DNA of 64,000 nucleotides from the human T2T-CHM13v2.0 reference genome, Homo sapiens. Numbering within the stretch: the first letter of the stretch is position 1; each line of letters begins with the position of its first letter. The stretch is taken from assembly GCF_009914755.1 (NCBI RefSeq), contig NC_060928.1; one strand, 5' to 3'. Of this stretch, positions 34,617-51,160 are shown piece after piece. The notes below the pieces were generated by a model. That model made no database searches and was not told where the DNA came from. It was given only the letters and a program-made list of their open reading frames with translations. A program made the position numbers and the translations under genes.

Positions 34617-36040
34617 GTATCTTTCCAAATCTTCTAGGTGAGTTTAGGGATTTGGATGATTAGCAAGATCTGACCAACTACCACCAGAATATAAATTCTT
34701 GAGAACCAAAAGTTCATAGGAGTTTAGTAAATGATGTTGCATGATTATCTATACCAAGAAAACTTAAATGTAAAATGTCTTTAAAGAGACTATGATTATC
34801 AATTTACATTATTGTAGATATCAATTTCAATCATTTACACAATTTTATTTTCAATAAGGGATTGCTGTTTTATCCTTTATGGTATCAGAGAAACAAGTTT
34901 TTTTTTTAAGTAGTAACAAAACTTTTGAGGAATTAATACAGCTTTATTTTGTAATCAACTTCTAGCATATACTACAATTTCCAGTGAACCTTAAATAATT
35001 TATGACAAAACTATCAAGAAAATGTTAAAATGTAGGGGAACTATTCTGAACCATTTATTTTCTATTTGTGCATTGTTATACCAGATTATTGATTTAACAA
35101 TGTATGTATTGTTATGAACATATGGACTGAATTTTTTAGGGAATTCCATATTATAGAGGGACTTTGTCAAATCCTTCAGAGTTTGGAACAGCGGCCTCTG
35201 CATACATTTTTGCCAGACACCCTAATAGAACGTATAAAATAGGAAGACTACAATTTCTTGTGCCTGAATATGCAAAGGGATTTTTCAGATCAAAATCATG
35301 TCATTGTTGTTCTAAGTCTCAAAATGGTTTCCTGATACTTTTGATTAGTGTTTCCTTACCATGTTTGTTGCCTAGTTAAGATTATTTCCCTAATTTTTAA
35401 TAGTATGTGTGGAAGATGAAAAATAAGGGGACAATCTAAAGGAAATGGCAAGAACCCTCAGGGAAAAAAATGGATGAACATAAAATGATCTTAGTTTAAA
35501 AGAACATTGGAAAGAAGCTCTAAGGTGTTTGCATATCAAATTTCTGCTTATCCTTAACCTTGCCTCTAGCTGCTTGAAATTATGTTTAGCAACTTTTCTG
35601 TGGAATGTTGGTAAAATCTATAAATATAATCATTAGACTACTGGAATCAATTCATATCAGATTTACTCTTTCATAATAGCATTCTTGAATGCAGTCAACA
35701 CACAATTAAAACACAGTACACGGAATTATAAGCTTCTAGAATCTCATTTTTAAATATTCTTTTGTTAGCATTTTTTTGAAGGATTTTAAATACATTTGCT
35801 TTAAATTTCTTCCTTTTAGTTAGACAAGATGAGTGAATTAAAGACTGATTCTAGCCACAACTCTAAATTCCCTCACTTGCAGGTTTGCATAACCCTTTAA
35901 AATTATTTTAAAATATTTTCTGTGGTTTGACTATGTTTTCTCAAGAATCCAGTACGTAAATGTCATGTGTGTGTTTACGGAATTTGACAGCAATGTAGTT
36001 TGTTGTCACGGTTTCTTTAACTTTATTACAAGCCATTTAA

Positions 36041-36398
<358 letters not shown>

Positions 36399-36773
36399 TG
36401 TCTGTATTTTTTTAACAAGCAAAAGTATGATCCTCCTTGGTAATTCTGTTTCTCACTGCTCTTCACCATTTCTCTGCCCAAAATTCTTGCTGTTCCTTGT
36501 ACAAACTTAGTAACTTCCTGACCCACATGCCTTTGCTTTGGCCGTTTCTTCTTTTTTGAATCCTAACCTTAGCCATGGTCAAGTCTTACCTATTAAAGGG
36601 CCACATATAAAATAAGAAATTAATTCTTTATTGTAGTTGAAGTAATTTGGCTATCCTCCAAACTCTTTTTTTTCTTAGATACCTAATACTTTCTATCTTG
36701 TATTTATGTATGTATTATCTCCCCAATAATACTTTAGACTCTATTAGCAAATGACCTGTAATGTTGGGAAGAA

Positions 36774-36777
<4 letters not shown>

Positions 36778-36809
<32 letters not shown>
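36778..36809. repeat. (TA)16 microsatellite
   Basis: Read directly. Confidence 0.95.
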
Positions 36810-36812
<3 letters not shown>

Positions 36813-37609
36813 CTTAAAATAAAGATATACTTTAAATGTTCAATAAAAGCAAACAACATATTGTATAAAAGTTGAAATATATAGTTTCATCATTACACAT
36901 TGTACATATGTACCAAAACATTACACTGTACGCTATAAATAAGTATGATTATATGTCCATTAAAAACAAAATACAACTTAATAAAAAAGGAGAGATACAT
37001 ATAGTTCTTAACAGAGTAATTATCAGTTTACTGACCTTGGTTGTCCTGGTAAGTGAATAAATCTCTACATTTTAGAGTGATAAGGAATTATGAATTGCTT
37101 TCACCTTCAGCAGTTCTGATTGGTGCTACCATGCTGAGGAGGGGAGAGGGTCAGTCTGTATCCAGGGATGAAAAGGAAGAATGTAGCAAGCCTTTTCTGG
37201 TCTGGGTGGATACCAGAATCCACAGTGACAGGACAGGGACAGGGCATAGCATTTAGGCTTCTAGGTGGCATTCAGGCCTCTGTGTTAGCTGTGATCCGCA
37301 ATCATTTATAAATTTGAAATGGTAACAGTTACACTCAAAATCATAATTTTGCCTCCAAAAGAAAGACAATCTGGAATTAGCCATGACAGTTAGAATCCCA
37401 GCTTCCTAACTTAGATTCGGGACTTAGGTACTGGAGAACTGGACAGAAAGTCTAGTAAGTAGAATTAATTAAAATAGTGGGATGGAGATTGGCAGTAGTG
37501 AGCGAAAGAAGTGTTAGAGGGATGTTACAGCACCATACATGCATCAGTCCCCAAGAGAAGAGGAAGAATCTGGAAAAAAATAAAAAACCGAGAAGGCGCA
37601 GTCTTTGTG

Positions 37610-38150
37610 TTTGAGTACCCTAGGGCTCAGTCCTTGGTCTTCATTTCTTTTCTATCTTAATTCTTTTTTTTTTTTTTTTTGGTGACCTCATCAAGTCACA
37701 TGGCTTTAAATACCATCTAGTAGGCCAGCAACTCCCAAAATATATCTGCAGTTGTGATCTTTATCCCACATTTCAGATCAAATTGCCTAATTGACATCCC
37801 CATTCAAATGTATAACAGATATCTTAAATGTAATAGGTTCCAAAGTTCTAATTCCTGCCACCACCTCCTAACCCCCACCTCAGCAGCCTGCACTATTTTA
37901 GACAATCTCTGTTGATGGCACTCTGTCCTTTTAATTACTCAGATCAAAACTTTGATGTCATCCAGAGTCCTCTTTTTCTGTCACTCCACATCCAGTCTGT
38001 CAGGAAATTCTGTTGTCACTACCTCTGAAATATCTTCAGTTACCAGCAGGTTCTCACCACCTCTATTGCCACCACTGTGCTTATTGGCCATCATCATCTC
38101 ACACCAGATTATTAGTGCGTTGTCTTCCTAATTGGTCTCCTAGTGTTTGT
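37610..38150 (-). mobile_element. L2 LINE remnant
   Basis: ggctcagtccttggtc; catggctttaaatacc; tccacatccagtctgtcagg; ctaattggtctcc. Confidence 0.65.
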
Positions 38151-39856
38151 TCCCCTTAGTTGATAATTTGACAGAAATTGATTTTAGATTGTTTTGTGAT
38201 ATCTGTGACATGAAATCTCATGGTTTTGAATGGTATCTTTTTGCAAGGGAAATATTGTTTTGCTTTGTCAGTTCTTTTCCAGCTAGATTGTGTGTTGTCT
38301 GTGTATGAAATAACTAAGAGGCGGCTTTTAACAGAAAACTTGTATAGTGACTGTAAAATACGACAACATATACCTAAGATTATGAGCTGTGATGATTCAT
38401 TGAAATGATTCATTGAAATGTATTTGGCAATAACAATTGTGAGCCAAGTTTCAGAAGTCTGATGTATGATTGGTTAAGGCTTTGAGGACCATTGGTCTAT
38501 AACACCACTTCAGTGCAACCTAAGATGTGCTGACTGATTAAAAGTTGCATTCAAACACATTTTTCTTCTTTGACACCATTATTAAAGACATGTCTCAGAT
38601 TCATAAACATGCAGGTTTTTGACCTTCAAAGGAGGAATGACTTTTAGTAGTTTACTTTTTAATCATAAGTCATATTCTGATCATGTAGATGATAGGTAGA
38701 AGTTAAAAAGTCAGAATGATTCAGTCCTGATTTAAAAAAAATTCAGTTCTGGTTGTTTTCAGGAAAGTATAGATACTGTATGATAAACTTTTCCATGAAC
38801 TTCTGTCAATGTCTTATCATTTGACAGAGTGATATCAGTATAATTTATTCAGATTGAATAATGGAATTTCAGTCATAGGCCTTTTGTGATTTTTCTATAG
38901 CTATTATCTTGAGTCTATAACCAAGTTCACCTAGCAGTTTTCTTAAAACCTGTATTAACTTACTTTTTATATGAGGGACAAAATAAAGTTTATTCTAATC
39001 AGTCTGTTTTGTTGAGCCTAATGTACAGCTTTACTTCTAGGTGGAGGCCTACTGGTGTCTAGGGAATGTATTTGTGTTAATACTCTTAGGTATGAGCTCT
39101 TAGGCATCTATACAGCCAAGCATTAAAACAAAAAGTTAAGGGACCTCATTGATCACATTTGGTAGTACAAAACAAGCTGCCTGAAATGCTAGTGAAATAA
39201 TGAACAAATGTAAATAAGATAAAATCTAAATTCAAGCAAAATATATACTTCGACTCAAGACATTTCATTGTAGTTAGAAACCTTGTGAATGCCTAACAGG
39301 AATTTTCAAAGGAATTGATTTCTATCCATTTCAGAACACTATAGTCTAAATCGGAATCTTAACTTGGGATCTATAAATGGGTTATAAGTAGATCCATAAA
39401 ACTTCAGAATTTATACAGAGCTTTATATTTATGGGCAATGTCCTTGAGAGAGAAACCACACCTTTCACCAATTTCTTAAAGGAATGCATAATTCAAAAAA
39501 CATTAAAGAGCTACTAATCCTTATCCATATCTATATGTCACGTTGATAAAACATTTGAACCAAGTTTAATTCTTAAGAACAATGAAAGGGCTCTATTTCT
39601 AGTTTCTAGGATCTACCATCCAGATTTTGAAAGATTAAGCCAAATCAAGGCATTGTTGTTAATAATGCTACCTGTTGTATTTGTATGAAACCCAATCTTT
39701 TTGTAGCATGTTGATTTGGTATATGTTAACTACTTATTAACATCTATACAAATAGGCTGCATTATCCATTGAAGTGATTGCTGTTTCCTGTGATTATAAT
39801 TTTAAGCAATTTTCTTCTTTTTTTTTATTTTTTATTTTGGTGCAATTACAAACCAG

Positions 39857-40035
39857 TAAGCCTAGCTGATCCTGCTGCCCTTGGCTTCATCATTTCTCCA
39901 TGGTCTCTGCTGTTGCTGCCATCTGGTAGTGTGTCATTTACAGATGAAAATATTTCCAATCAGGATCTTCGAGCATTCACTGCACCAGAGGTTCTTCAAA
40001 ATCAGTCACTAACTTCTCTCTCAGATGTTGAAAAG
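39857..40035 (+). CDS. PTPN13: PTPN13 exon 3 (aa 39-98, KIND)
   Basis: cag|TA AGC CTA... completes G|TA Val; VSLADPAALGFIISPWSLLLLPSGSVSFTDENISNQDLRAFTAPEVLQNQSLTSLSDVEK; donor AAG|gtaact; 179 nt, cumulative 294 nt (phase 0). Confidence 0.95.
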
Positions 40036-40364
40036 GTAACTGTTAAATTTTTTTGTTTGTTTTTTTATTTGGGTGGGGATAGGTCAAATAAAGACAATGG
40101 GCTACCATGTTTCAACCCTCTGAAAAATCTATTGAGTTTTAAATGACCGTGTATTCCAAGAAGTTCAGTTATTTTATTTAAGAATCCAAAATAGTTTTAT
40201 AAAGATTTATGGATCTGAGAAATATATGAAAAAAATTAACCATTAGAAGCACATGTTTACAAATACTTATTAAATACCTGCTTTGTATAAAACACCGTGC
40301 CTGAGGAAGATATAGAAATAACTGGAAAGTTGACCCTGATTAACATGTACAGAACAATCTGTAA

Positions 40365-40701
40365 CAGCAATCCTCATCCTTTTTGGCACCAGGGACTGGT
40401 TTCATGGAAGACAGTTTTTCCAAGGATGGGGTGGTGGGGGAATGGTTTTAGCAAGAAACTGTTCCACTCAGATCATCAGGCATTAGATTCTCATAAGAAG
40501 CATGCAGCCTCAGTCCCTCACATGTGCAGTTCATAATAGGATTCGCATTCCTATGAGAATCTAATGCCAACATTGATCTGACAGGAGGCAGAGCTCAGGT
40601 GGTAACGTTCACTTGCCTACTGCTCACTTCCTGCTGTGCAGCCTGCTTCCTAATAGGCCATGGGACTGGTATGGGGCTGGAGGTGGGGGTTGGGGACCCC
40701 G
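40365..40701 (+). mobile_element. MER1B (hAT-Charlie)
   Basis: tttttggcaccagggactggtttcatggaagac...ggttggggaccccg; 8-bp TSD atctgtaa/atctctaa. Confidence 0.85.
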
Positions 40702-41149
40702 ATCTCTAATATATGGCAGGATGAAATAAATGCTATGGAGAGTGATAGTATTTTGAGAATGTACAAGATGAGCAATTAATTTTTAGTGTAGAATGATATC
40801 ACAGAGAAGAGGTAGCTATTTGTGTTAGGCTATGAAGAATGAATAGACTTCAGATAAATAAAAATAGGTAGAAAGGGCATTCTACTCAGAGTAATTGGTA
40901 TGGGTAATGACAAGAGGTAAGAAATTGTCCACTGTGATTGGGGAATGGTTGGTTAGACTGGCTAGGCTAGAATATTACTACCTAGAGGGATGTGGTTAAA
41001 GGAAGGAAGAAAGGCTCCAGGTCAGAAGGAGGATGATTTTTGAATGCCAGAACTTGAGGCTTTCTTCTTAGGCAGTGGGGATCTATCATATTTTTAGGAG
41101 CATGACTGATGTAATTTGTGATTTTGGAGGTTAAATTTGACAAAAGTAG

Positions 41150-41498
<349 letters not shown>

Positions 41499-44477
41499 AG
41501 GGAGTTTTAATACTCTGTGGAAAAGAACTGAAAATGGCATAATGATTTATTTGATGGCATAATGAAGAAGTGAAGGTTTAAAATAGAAGTATCCAGTATG
41601 ACTATAGTGATATAACTGACTTCAGAATAAGACCTAATTTTATTGTCAAAGTTATGAAAAAATTTAGGCATATATATTGTGTTTTATAGCAGACATTAGG
41701 TAATTGTGTTATATAGCAGGCTGTGGGTAATTTAGCACTGTGGGGTACTCCAGAGAATTCAGAATTGGCTATGAACATTCTTTCCCATATGTCATTCCAC
41801 ATAAGTGTAAAAATTAACCTAGTAATTTCCTAATAGCAAAATTGTTAAATCAAAAATACATACATGTTAAACTTCAATATACATTGTCTAATTGCCATCT
41901 AAAGGAATTCTAATTTCTTTAAACTGACAATCATATTTTTCTTTTCAGAGATTGAATGTGTATGAGTGTGTGTGTGGTGACTAAGCTAAAGGAAGGCATC
42001 TTGATTTGAGCCATCAATTATGTATCTGAAAAAAGACTGACAAGAATTGGTAGAGTGAATTCAGATTTAAGATTATCTACCTTTGATATTCCATGAGCTA
42101 CTTAAGAATTTTGAGAGGTACAAGCAACCATTGAAAGGAGATAGTAGTTATAAGGTAGGGGTAATGCTTAAGGCATTAGACTAAAAAATTTCCCATTACA
42201 TAAGATGAAGTATTTGAAAAGAATTTTTTGTATGTTACGGAGTAGATATGGTCTTGGTCATTGTTATGTATCATGAAGGTATTCAAGTGTACCAGTAATG
42301 TTTTATTAAGCTGGATAGTATACATATATAGTTATTCATTTTTATTATTTAAACAGGATGCAGTCATTCTGTACATTGTACGATTCATTTAATAATATTT
42401 TTAAAAAGGGATTCGAACATTGGAAATAGGTATAGTATGTGTGCATAGGTATTATGAATTCTTTCTGTAAGCATTTAAAACCCACAATAAAATTTAAAAA
42501 GTGCTTAGTAGAAATTTGGGATGCACAAGTGCTTTTCTGATTTTCTGAGAGGTTTCCCAATTTGCCTTGTGATGTCTAGATCCCCACACAAGTTAACCCT
42601 ATGTTTAGGAATAACTGTTAGACCACATATTTGGGAAAATGACTAAAGCCACTCTATTATTTTGCCAAGTGTTTAGAAGCAATGTTGGGGATGAAATGGG
42701 TGTGGGATTGTTGCCATTATCATGTTAAAGTTGATTTCTTAGTCTGTCTAATTGGAACTTCTAGCTTACCTCATGCCTCAAAATCTTAAGTGTAACTCTA
42801 AATACAAAGAAAATCAAGTTTCTTGATCCTATTCATAACATGAAGCAAAGGTCAGAAGAGTAGCCATATATTCTAGCACAGTATTCTGGTTTTAAAATGG
42901 CAAGGGCATTTTGAAAATGAGGAAAGTAGCTGCACTTAATTACTTTCATGAGTTAAGAATATGCTATTAACTAGCACTCAATAAATGCTTGCTGTTGATG
43001 ACATATAAATTTTTTATAATGCTCAGTGACCAGCACTCTTGATACATGACAATGTTCTCTTCATTCAGAGGGACTTACACTTAAAAGTCTTTCATAAACT
43101 GTACATGTTTGTATGAAAAAACTCCCTTACTATCAACTATGTAAACAGGCATTTTCATTTATTTACCTTAAAACTTTACTTTTCAAGATAACATCCCTTT
43201 AAATGAGTAGACAGGTTTATACAGGCTACACTAAGCTTTTTATCCTCTGGCTTTTCTCTTTTATTGGGTAATTTTCTACTTCCTGCTTGCTTGGCAGAAG
43301 GTGTACTTATTTGACAATTCCTTTGAAATCGGTTTGATGGGATGGAATTTGAATCAAGTTCCTGTTGTGCTTTCTGTTCAAAAATATTGATGTGCACCAG
43401 AGATTTGTACTATGTCTCTGATAAATTAATCTTGATTATTGCCACTAATTTGTAGTCTAAATATCAAGAATTATTGCTCTCTGTGCTTTTTGAAAATCAA
43501 GGATCATCTTTAGAAAGACAATAATAGTAAATCTATTTACCCAAGCTTAGCAGAAGCCTCAACCGAACTTGACCAAAAAACAACGAAATGCCCTTAATCA
43601 CACTATACCGTACATACTTTGTATTAAATCTTGTTAATCCATTCTCTGTCCCGTTTTCATTCATTCATAAATTTGACAAATGTTTGTTATATGCCAGGAC
43701 CCTGTGCCACTGAAGAAGAAATTCTAGGATTGTCTAGTGACACAGTCCAATATGTAATCATATAATTAAATTGAAAATGTTAAATGTTGGGCTTGTAGGG
43801 ATACTATCTCACATCCATTACAATGGCTACTATCAAAAGAACAGGATATAACAACTGTTGGCGAGGATGCAGAGAAATTGGAACCCTTGTGTGTTGTTGG
43901 TGAGAATGTAAAATTGTACAGTCACAATGGAAAGCAGTATAAAGGTTTCTTAAAAAATTAAAAATAGAATTACCATATGGTCCAGCAACTCCACTTCTGA
44001 GTATATATATCCAAAATAATTCACAGCAGGAACTCAAAGAGATATTTGCACACCCATGTTCATAGCAGTGTTATTCACAATAGCCAAAAGCTGGAAGCAG
44101 CCCAAATGTTCATTGGCAGATGAATGGATAAAAAAAACTGTGGAATATACATACAATGAATATCATACAGGCTTAAGTAAAAGGCAGGCTTGTCACATGC
44201 TACAATATGGATGAACCTGGAAGACATTATGTTAAGTGAAATAAGCCAATTACAAAGGACAAATACTATGTGATTCCACTCATATGAAGTATCTAAAGTA
44301 GTCAAAATCATAGAAACAAAAAGTAGAAAGGTGATTGCCAAGGACTGGGCAGAGAGGGTAGAGGGAAGAATTAGTGTTTAATGAGTATAGAGTTTTAGTT
44401 TTGCAAGGTGAAAAAGTTCCAGAGATTGTTGCACAACAGTGTAAATATGCTTAACACTACTGAAATATATACTTAAT

Positions 44478-45104
<627 letters not shown>

Positions 45105-46894
45105 GGTAAATTTAATCTTGTGTGGGTTTTTTTTTTTTTTTAACCACAATGAAAGATGATGCCAAGTCCTAGAGTTTTAATAGGTGCAAAAGCATTATAG
45201 AAAGTTAGGTCTTTAAATATCACTTCACCATACTATGTTCCACTAGCTAAAAAACTAATTTCTGGTAATGTTATTGGAGTGTTAATGGCTTAATGTTTTG
45301 CTCTAGTCAGATAACACATTTCCATCTTATTAGTTTTTAAGTGTATATCATCTTAACTTGAAGGAATAACTCTTAAGATGGAAATTTAGCCCCATGAGAG
45401 AGTACTTAGGGCACCAAAATGGATCCTAAAATAATTCTATTTCAGCAGATCCCTGGGGCCATTTGCAGTTGGTGGGTCTCCCCTAGAGCACTAGAACATG
45501 TTTTGGTTTGCAATAAATGATACTGGTGTTCCTAGTCCTACAGTAAGTAACCTAGAGTTAAATAAGTTGCCAGATATATTGTTAAGCTATTATATCTTAT
45601 AAACTAACCATCACACTCAGTATGTAAAGTGTGATGAAATATAAAAGGTAATGTGTTGTGGGGAAAGGGTTAATTTTAAAATTAGAAAATAACAACCTGC
45701 TGTTTTGAGCTTTAAAAATAATTTTGGAGGTGACTTTTAGGAAATACCGAAAGAAAAGAGTTATGGCTAAATAAATTTGTGCAATTGCTTTATATATCAG
45801 ATCTTAACCTAAGTTCCATCATACCCTCAGAGGTCAAAGGAATAAGCCCAAGAGGCCATTAAAAGTTTAAAAATTGCATGCATACCAAAAAAAATGTGTC
45901 TTCGTATATTCTTCTGGATAGAGGGATCATAGCTTTTATTCTTCCTTCTTTCTAAAGGGCTAAAAAGTGATTGACTATTTGCTGACAGATCCCAAATGTA
46001 TATATCTCTAGCACCATGCTCTTGACTTTTATGTAAAGCTACTTATTAGATATCTTCACTGGAATGTGCCACAGGCATCTGAGACTCAATAGATCTGAAA
46101 TTAAACTCAATGTTTCTTCTTATACCCTGAAACTTTTCTCCCTTCCATTGTGTTTCCTGTAAATGAAGGGACCATCATTTCCCCAATTTCCAAGGAAAAA
46201 TCTAAGGTGTCATTCTTAATTTTTCATTCACCTCTGGCCCCATTTCCTAAATCTTACGGTTAATTTCTTTTGAGTCTACCTCTTTAGTATATCTCATATA
46301 TGTCTACATATATTAGCTTTCACTGCTTCCACCTCAGTTCAGTCCATCACAAATGACCAGTGCTGCAAACACTTCTAATAATCTCCCAACTCCAGTCTTG
46401 CCCATGGCTAGTTCATTCTGTAAAGTACAGTCTGCATTTTTGAAAACCCATATATAATCTTGTTCTATTCCTGTTTAAAATTATTCAGATTCTCCATGTC
46501 CCCTGAATGAACTCTTGACTCCTGAGGATGGCCTTCAAGTTCGTACTGTATTGGCCTTGTCTGAGCCGTCTTTATTTCAAGCTCTGTGCTTCAGGCATTC
46601 TGAATTTACTTTAGTGTCTGAGATATGCCACATACTTTCTTTCTTCTCAACCTTTGTGCATTCTCTTCTTTCAGCTTTGAAAACTCTTTTCACCCAGACT
46701 CATGCTATTTCAACTGATCTCCTCACTGTCTGGCTAACTTTTACTGTAGATGTGAAGCTTTCTCTTATGCTCTATTGTTCTCTCTGTGTACTTCTCACAT
46801 GTCACATTATCTTATCTTGTATACAGCAGTGAAGATTTGATATGGAAGGGACCCTGTTTGTCCTCCTCATTATTGTATCCCCTATGCTCTCTAC

Positions 46895-47082
46895 TAGTGG
46901 TCCTCAAAGTCTGGTCCCTCCAATCAGCAGCATCACCATCACCTGGGAAACTTTTAGAAAAGCAAGTTCTTAGGCCCTACCCCAGACCTATTGAATCAGA
47001 TACCCTGGAGGTGTGACGCAGCCACCTATGTTTTATCAGGCCCTTCAGGTGATTCTGATGCATAACATAGTTTGAGAACAGT
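46895..47082 (+). mobile_element. MER5A
   Basis: tagtggtcctcaaagt...cccagacctattgaatcaga...ggtgattctgatgca...tttgagaac. Confidence 0.8.
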
Positions 47083-47434
47083 TCCTCTATGCCATATTTG
47101 GCAATGAGTAAAAATAATTTTTTAACCCAGAGGTATCTATGATTTGTTGCCACACAGTGCCAGGGTTGTGTTGCTAAAAGGAGCTATGTAGCACATGTAA
47201 AGCAGCTCATATTTCTTCACAGAGATCCAGAGATGGCTGAATGAGAGGTATCTGCACATCAGACTGCAGTGTCTCACCCAGCCTGTCTCTTGTGGTCAGT
47301 GAGACAAATCTTTGAAGGCTTTTCGTCTCCTCTTTAGAGAATGGATCGAGAGGTAGAAAGTATTCTGTTAGCCTTCCCAATGATGATAATTTTATTATCC
47401 CATTTTATATTTCAACAAATATTTATCATATGTG

Positions 47435-47645
47435 GGCTCTGGATTGAATTCTGGCTTTGTCACCTAAGGGATATATGAACTCAGGCAATTTGCTTAACCT
47501 CTCCATGTCTTAGGTGCCTTATCTATATGGTGTTAATAATAGTACTTACCTTGTAGGGTCATTAGAAAGTGAAATAAGGTAATACTTGTAAAGTGCTTGG
47601 GACAGTACCCAGCATGTAGTAAGCATCCAAGAAATAGTAACTATC
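47435..47645 (+). mobile_element. MIR
   Basis: ggcaatttgcttaacctctc...ataatagtacttacc...gtaaagtgcttgg. Confidence 0.7.
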
Positions 47646-47835
47646 ACTATTATATGTCAAATGCTGTGCTAGGTCTAGGGATAGAGTGGTAAACGGGACA
47701 AAATCCCTCTGTGCATGGAGTTTATATTCCAGTATGTTATAACTGTATAGACAGAAATGTATTTCTGTCCTACAGGACTTATATTAATGAGCTTCCTTGA
47801 CTCTCATCTTTCCATGTCACATTTTCCTTTCTATC

Positions 47836-47836
<1 letters not shown>

Positions 47837-47888
<52 letters not shown>
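47837..47888 (+). repeat. (CTAT)13 tetranucleotide STR
   Basis: Read directly. Confidence 0.93.
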
Positions 47889-47890
<2 letters not shown>

Positions 47891-48807
47891 CTATCTCTAT
47901 CTCTGTCTCCATCTCTGGTTCCTCCCTTTTCACATATGTACTTAATTGCCTGAATTTCTCAAGTCTGCTAAGTTTAGCCCTTCTAATTCTTTCCTCTTCA
48001 GCCCTATTGCTGGCACTATGGTGAAGTTCTCATTTCTCTTCTCTCGGACTTTTGTCATATCTCCTAACTCTTATTCCTGCTTCCTGACTGTTCCCTCTGC
48101 CACTGTCAGATTAATACCCCTGATCATGAGGGTCTTTTCCCCTCAGAAACCTTCATTGAGTTGCTCCTTTTTTACCCAATGAAGTACAGATTCCTTAACC
48201 AAACATGAAAATCTCTCCAGAGTCTGGTCCCAACTACCTTATGACTCCTCTTTTTTAGATGCACAGGCTGTAGCCAGTGATTATTAGACAGATCTTGTGC
48301 TTCTGGGCTTCACTTCTTTGCATGGCAATGCCTTTCTCCCTGTTTTCAGGTTTCCACATCCTGTGTACCATCCATTCTTTCAGGGAGCATCTACTGAGGA
48401 CTTATAATATGTCCAACACTATAAAAGGTCAAGGAGATACAAAGATGAATAAGGAGTGGACCTTACTCTCAAAGGACCAGGAGGCTGAGAGACAAAGAAA
48501 AGATGATGATTTTGATGATGGTGATGATGATGATGATGTGCAGGGAATATGCACAATGATAATAGATCTATACAGAATATTAAGAGCAGAGAGAGGGACA
48601 CATAGTCTGTGTTCCAAGTCTCAGCTTAATACCCCTCTGCTTTAAGTTTCTTCTAACTCCTCTGTAGTCAAAATAACCTTTTCTTGTCTCCTTGAGTTTC
48701 CTTAGCACAAATTTACTACTTTTTTTAATACATAGGTGCATACATATATATTTATATCTCTCTCCTGTTAGACTTCTAATTCTGGAAAAGGATATACAGA
48801 TTAAATT

Positions 48808-49030
48808 AGTAGTTTTCAACCAGAGGCAGTTTTCTCTCCTACGGAACATTTGACAATATCTGGAGACAATTTTGGTTGTCATAACTGAGAGGGTATGAGT
48901 AGATAGTACTATTGGCATCTAATGGGTAGAAGCCACGGATCCTGCTAAATATCCTGCAATTTACAGGGCAGCTCCCCACTGCAAAGAATCATCCAATCCC
49001 GAATGTCAGTAGTGCTGAGGGTAAGAAACT
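48808..49030 (+). mobile_element. MER20 (hAT-Charlie)
   Basis: tctggagacaattttggttgtcataact...tactattggcatcta...gtcagtagtgctgagggtaagaaac. Confidence 0.8.
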
Positions 49031-49060
49031 GAAGCCAAAGTTAGAATCTTGCCTCTGTCA

Positions 49061-49461
<401 letters not shown>

Positions 49462-50590
49462 AATGTATATAATGTAAGTTTGGCACACAGTAAGCATTAT
49501 GTACATGCTAGCTATTTATATTCTAATACATATAATAATATCTATTAGCTTATGATAGTAGTGTTATAGATACCAGGATGAAATATTTGTATCTTATCAC
49601 ACTCCCTAGTTTAGTGACTTTCAGAAAAAATGTTGACTAAATGGGTAGTTGTCTAGCTCTTCTATACATGCATGTCATCTAGAATCAGCTCTTCCATCTT
49701 TTCATTGAATCCTGTATATATGAATCATCACTATCAAAGGCACCTACCTCTATAGGACTGTGTCCTGGCCTGCTATACTACTATACTAAGGAAGGGAAAT
49801 AGAGCATCTCTGTGCTGTCCGTAAGGTACGGATGGACCAACAAAGGTCATAAAACCACAAATTCCCTGGGAGGCTAAATAAATAAGCAATACAAGTGAGA
49901 AGCAGATCAAAACTTTTTTTTTTTTTTAACTTGTACTGCCTGATTCTTTTTTCGCCTTGGACTTGTTGATATCTTTAATAAAAGATTTAATAATCCTGGA
50001 TTGTGGATTCCTCTTTTTTCTCATTACGTAAAACACAAAGGAAAATATGTAGATCAAATACTTGCCTGTTTTTGAATAATCCTTCCTGTGCGTGACCTTC
50101 CTCCTTTCTACACAATATATATATGCAGTCTGTAACCCATCTATTGCTGCTATTTATTAACCAGATGAACTAAGCACTGTCAGTGATGTCAGTGCTGCTA
50201 TATTAATTTAGTTACATCTTTGTATCAGTGATCTTTATCCCTGTGTCTTTTCAGGCTGCACCAACAGTACAAACGCTTTTAATTTATGAATAAAGTGTAT
50301 GGAAGCATCATGCACTTACCCTGTACTGACTGTTTGGAATAAATGTAAAAGCATTTTTCTTTGTATTCTGTAAGAAATATTTTTCTAATATTAGGTACCA
50401 GGTTGTATTACCATGTTATTTTAACAAAGATCTGACATACCTGGAGTTGTCTAACAGCTCAACAATGTATTTTTAATTATGATTTAAAATATTACTAAAA
50501 GTGTGGAACCCATATAAAGTACTGTCCTAATAAAGTAGCAATTGTCATTTTGCATATTTTATTTCTCTATAGAGATATTTCATACTTATA

Positions 50591-51160
50591 TGTATTAGTC
50601 AAGGTTCTGCAGAGAAACAGAACCAATAGGGTGTGTGCGTGTGTGTGTGTGTGTGTGTGTATTTGTATGTATAGAGAGGTTTATTATAAAGGGTTGGCTC
50701 GTGCAATTATGAAGGCTCACAAGCTCCAAGATCCTCAGGATGAGTTTGCAAACTGGAGATTCAGGAGAGCCAATGATGTAGTTCAAGTCTGAGTCCGAAG
50801 GTCAGAGAAACAGTAGAATTGCTGGTGTAGTTCTAGTTCAAAGACTGGCAGGCTTAAGACCCAAGAAGGTTTCAGTTTGAGTCCAAAGGAGGAAAACACT
50901 GATGTTCCAGTTCTAAGGCAGTTAAGTAGAAAGAATTCTCTTACTCAGAGGAGAGTTGACCTTTCTGTTCTTTTCAGGCCTTCAACTGACTGGAAAGGGC
51001 CCACCCATGATAGGGAGGGCAGTCTGCTTTACTCAGTCTACTGATGTAAATGTTAATCTCACCCAAAAACACTTTCACAGAAACACCCAGAATGAGATTT
51101 GACCAAATATCTGGGCATCCTTTGGTCCAATCAAGTTGACACATACAACTAACTATTATA
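50591..51160 (+). mobile_element. MLT2-family (ERVL) LTR with (TG)n
   Basis: tgtattagtcaaggttct..agagaaacagaaccaatagg; caggccttcaactgactgg; caagttgacacata. Confidence 0.82.

Noticed and set aside
38394-38420. 13-nt tandem duplication (also a ~24-nt one at 55298-55350)
   Set aside because: Common slippage events with no further signal
39778-40146. 122-aa ORF (likewise 56391-56762) as a separate gene
   Set aside because: PTPN13 exon frames extended into flanking intron
48277-48645. 122-aa ORF with poly-Asp (poly-His/poly-Ser on the other strand)
   Set aside because: Produced by a (GAT)n microsatellite within L2 remnants
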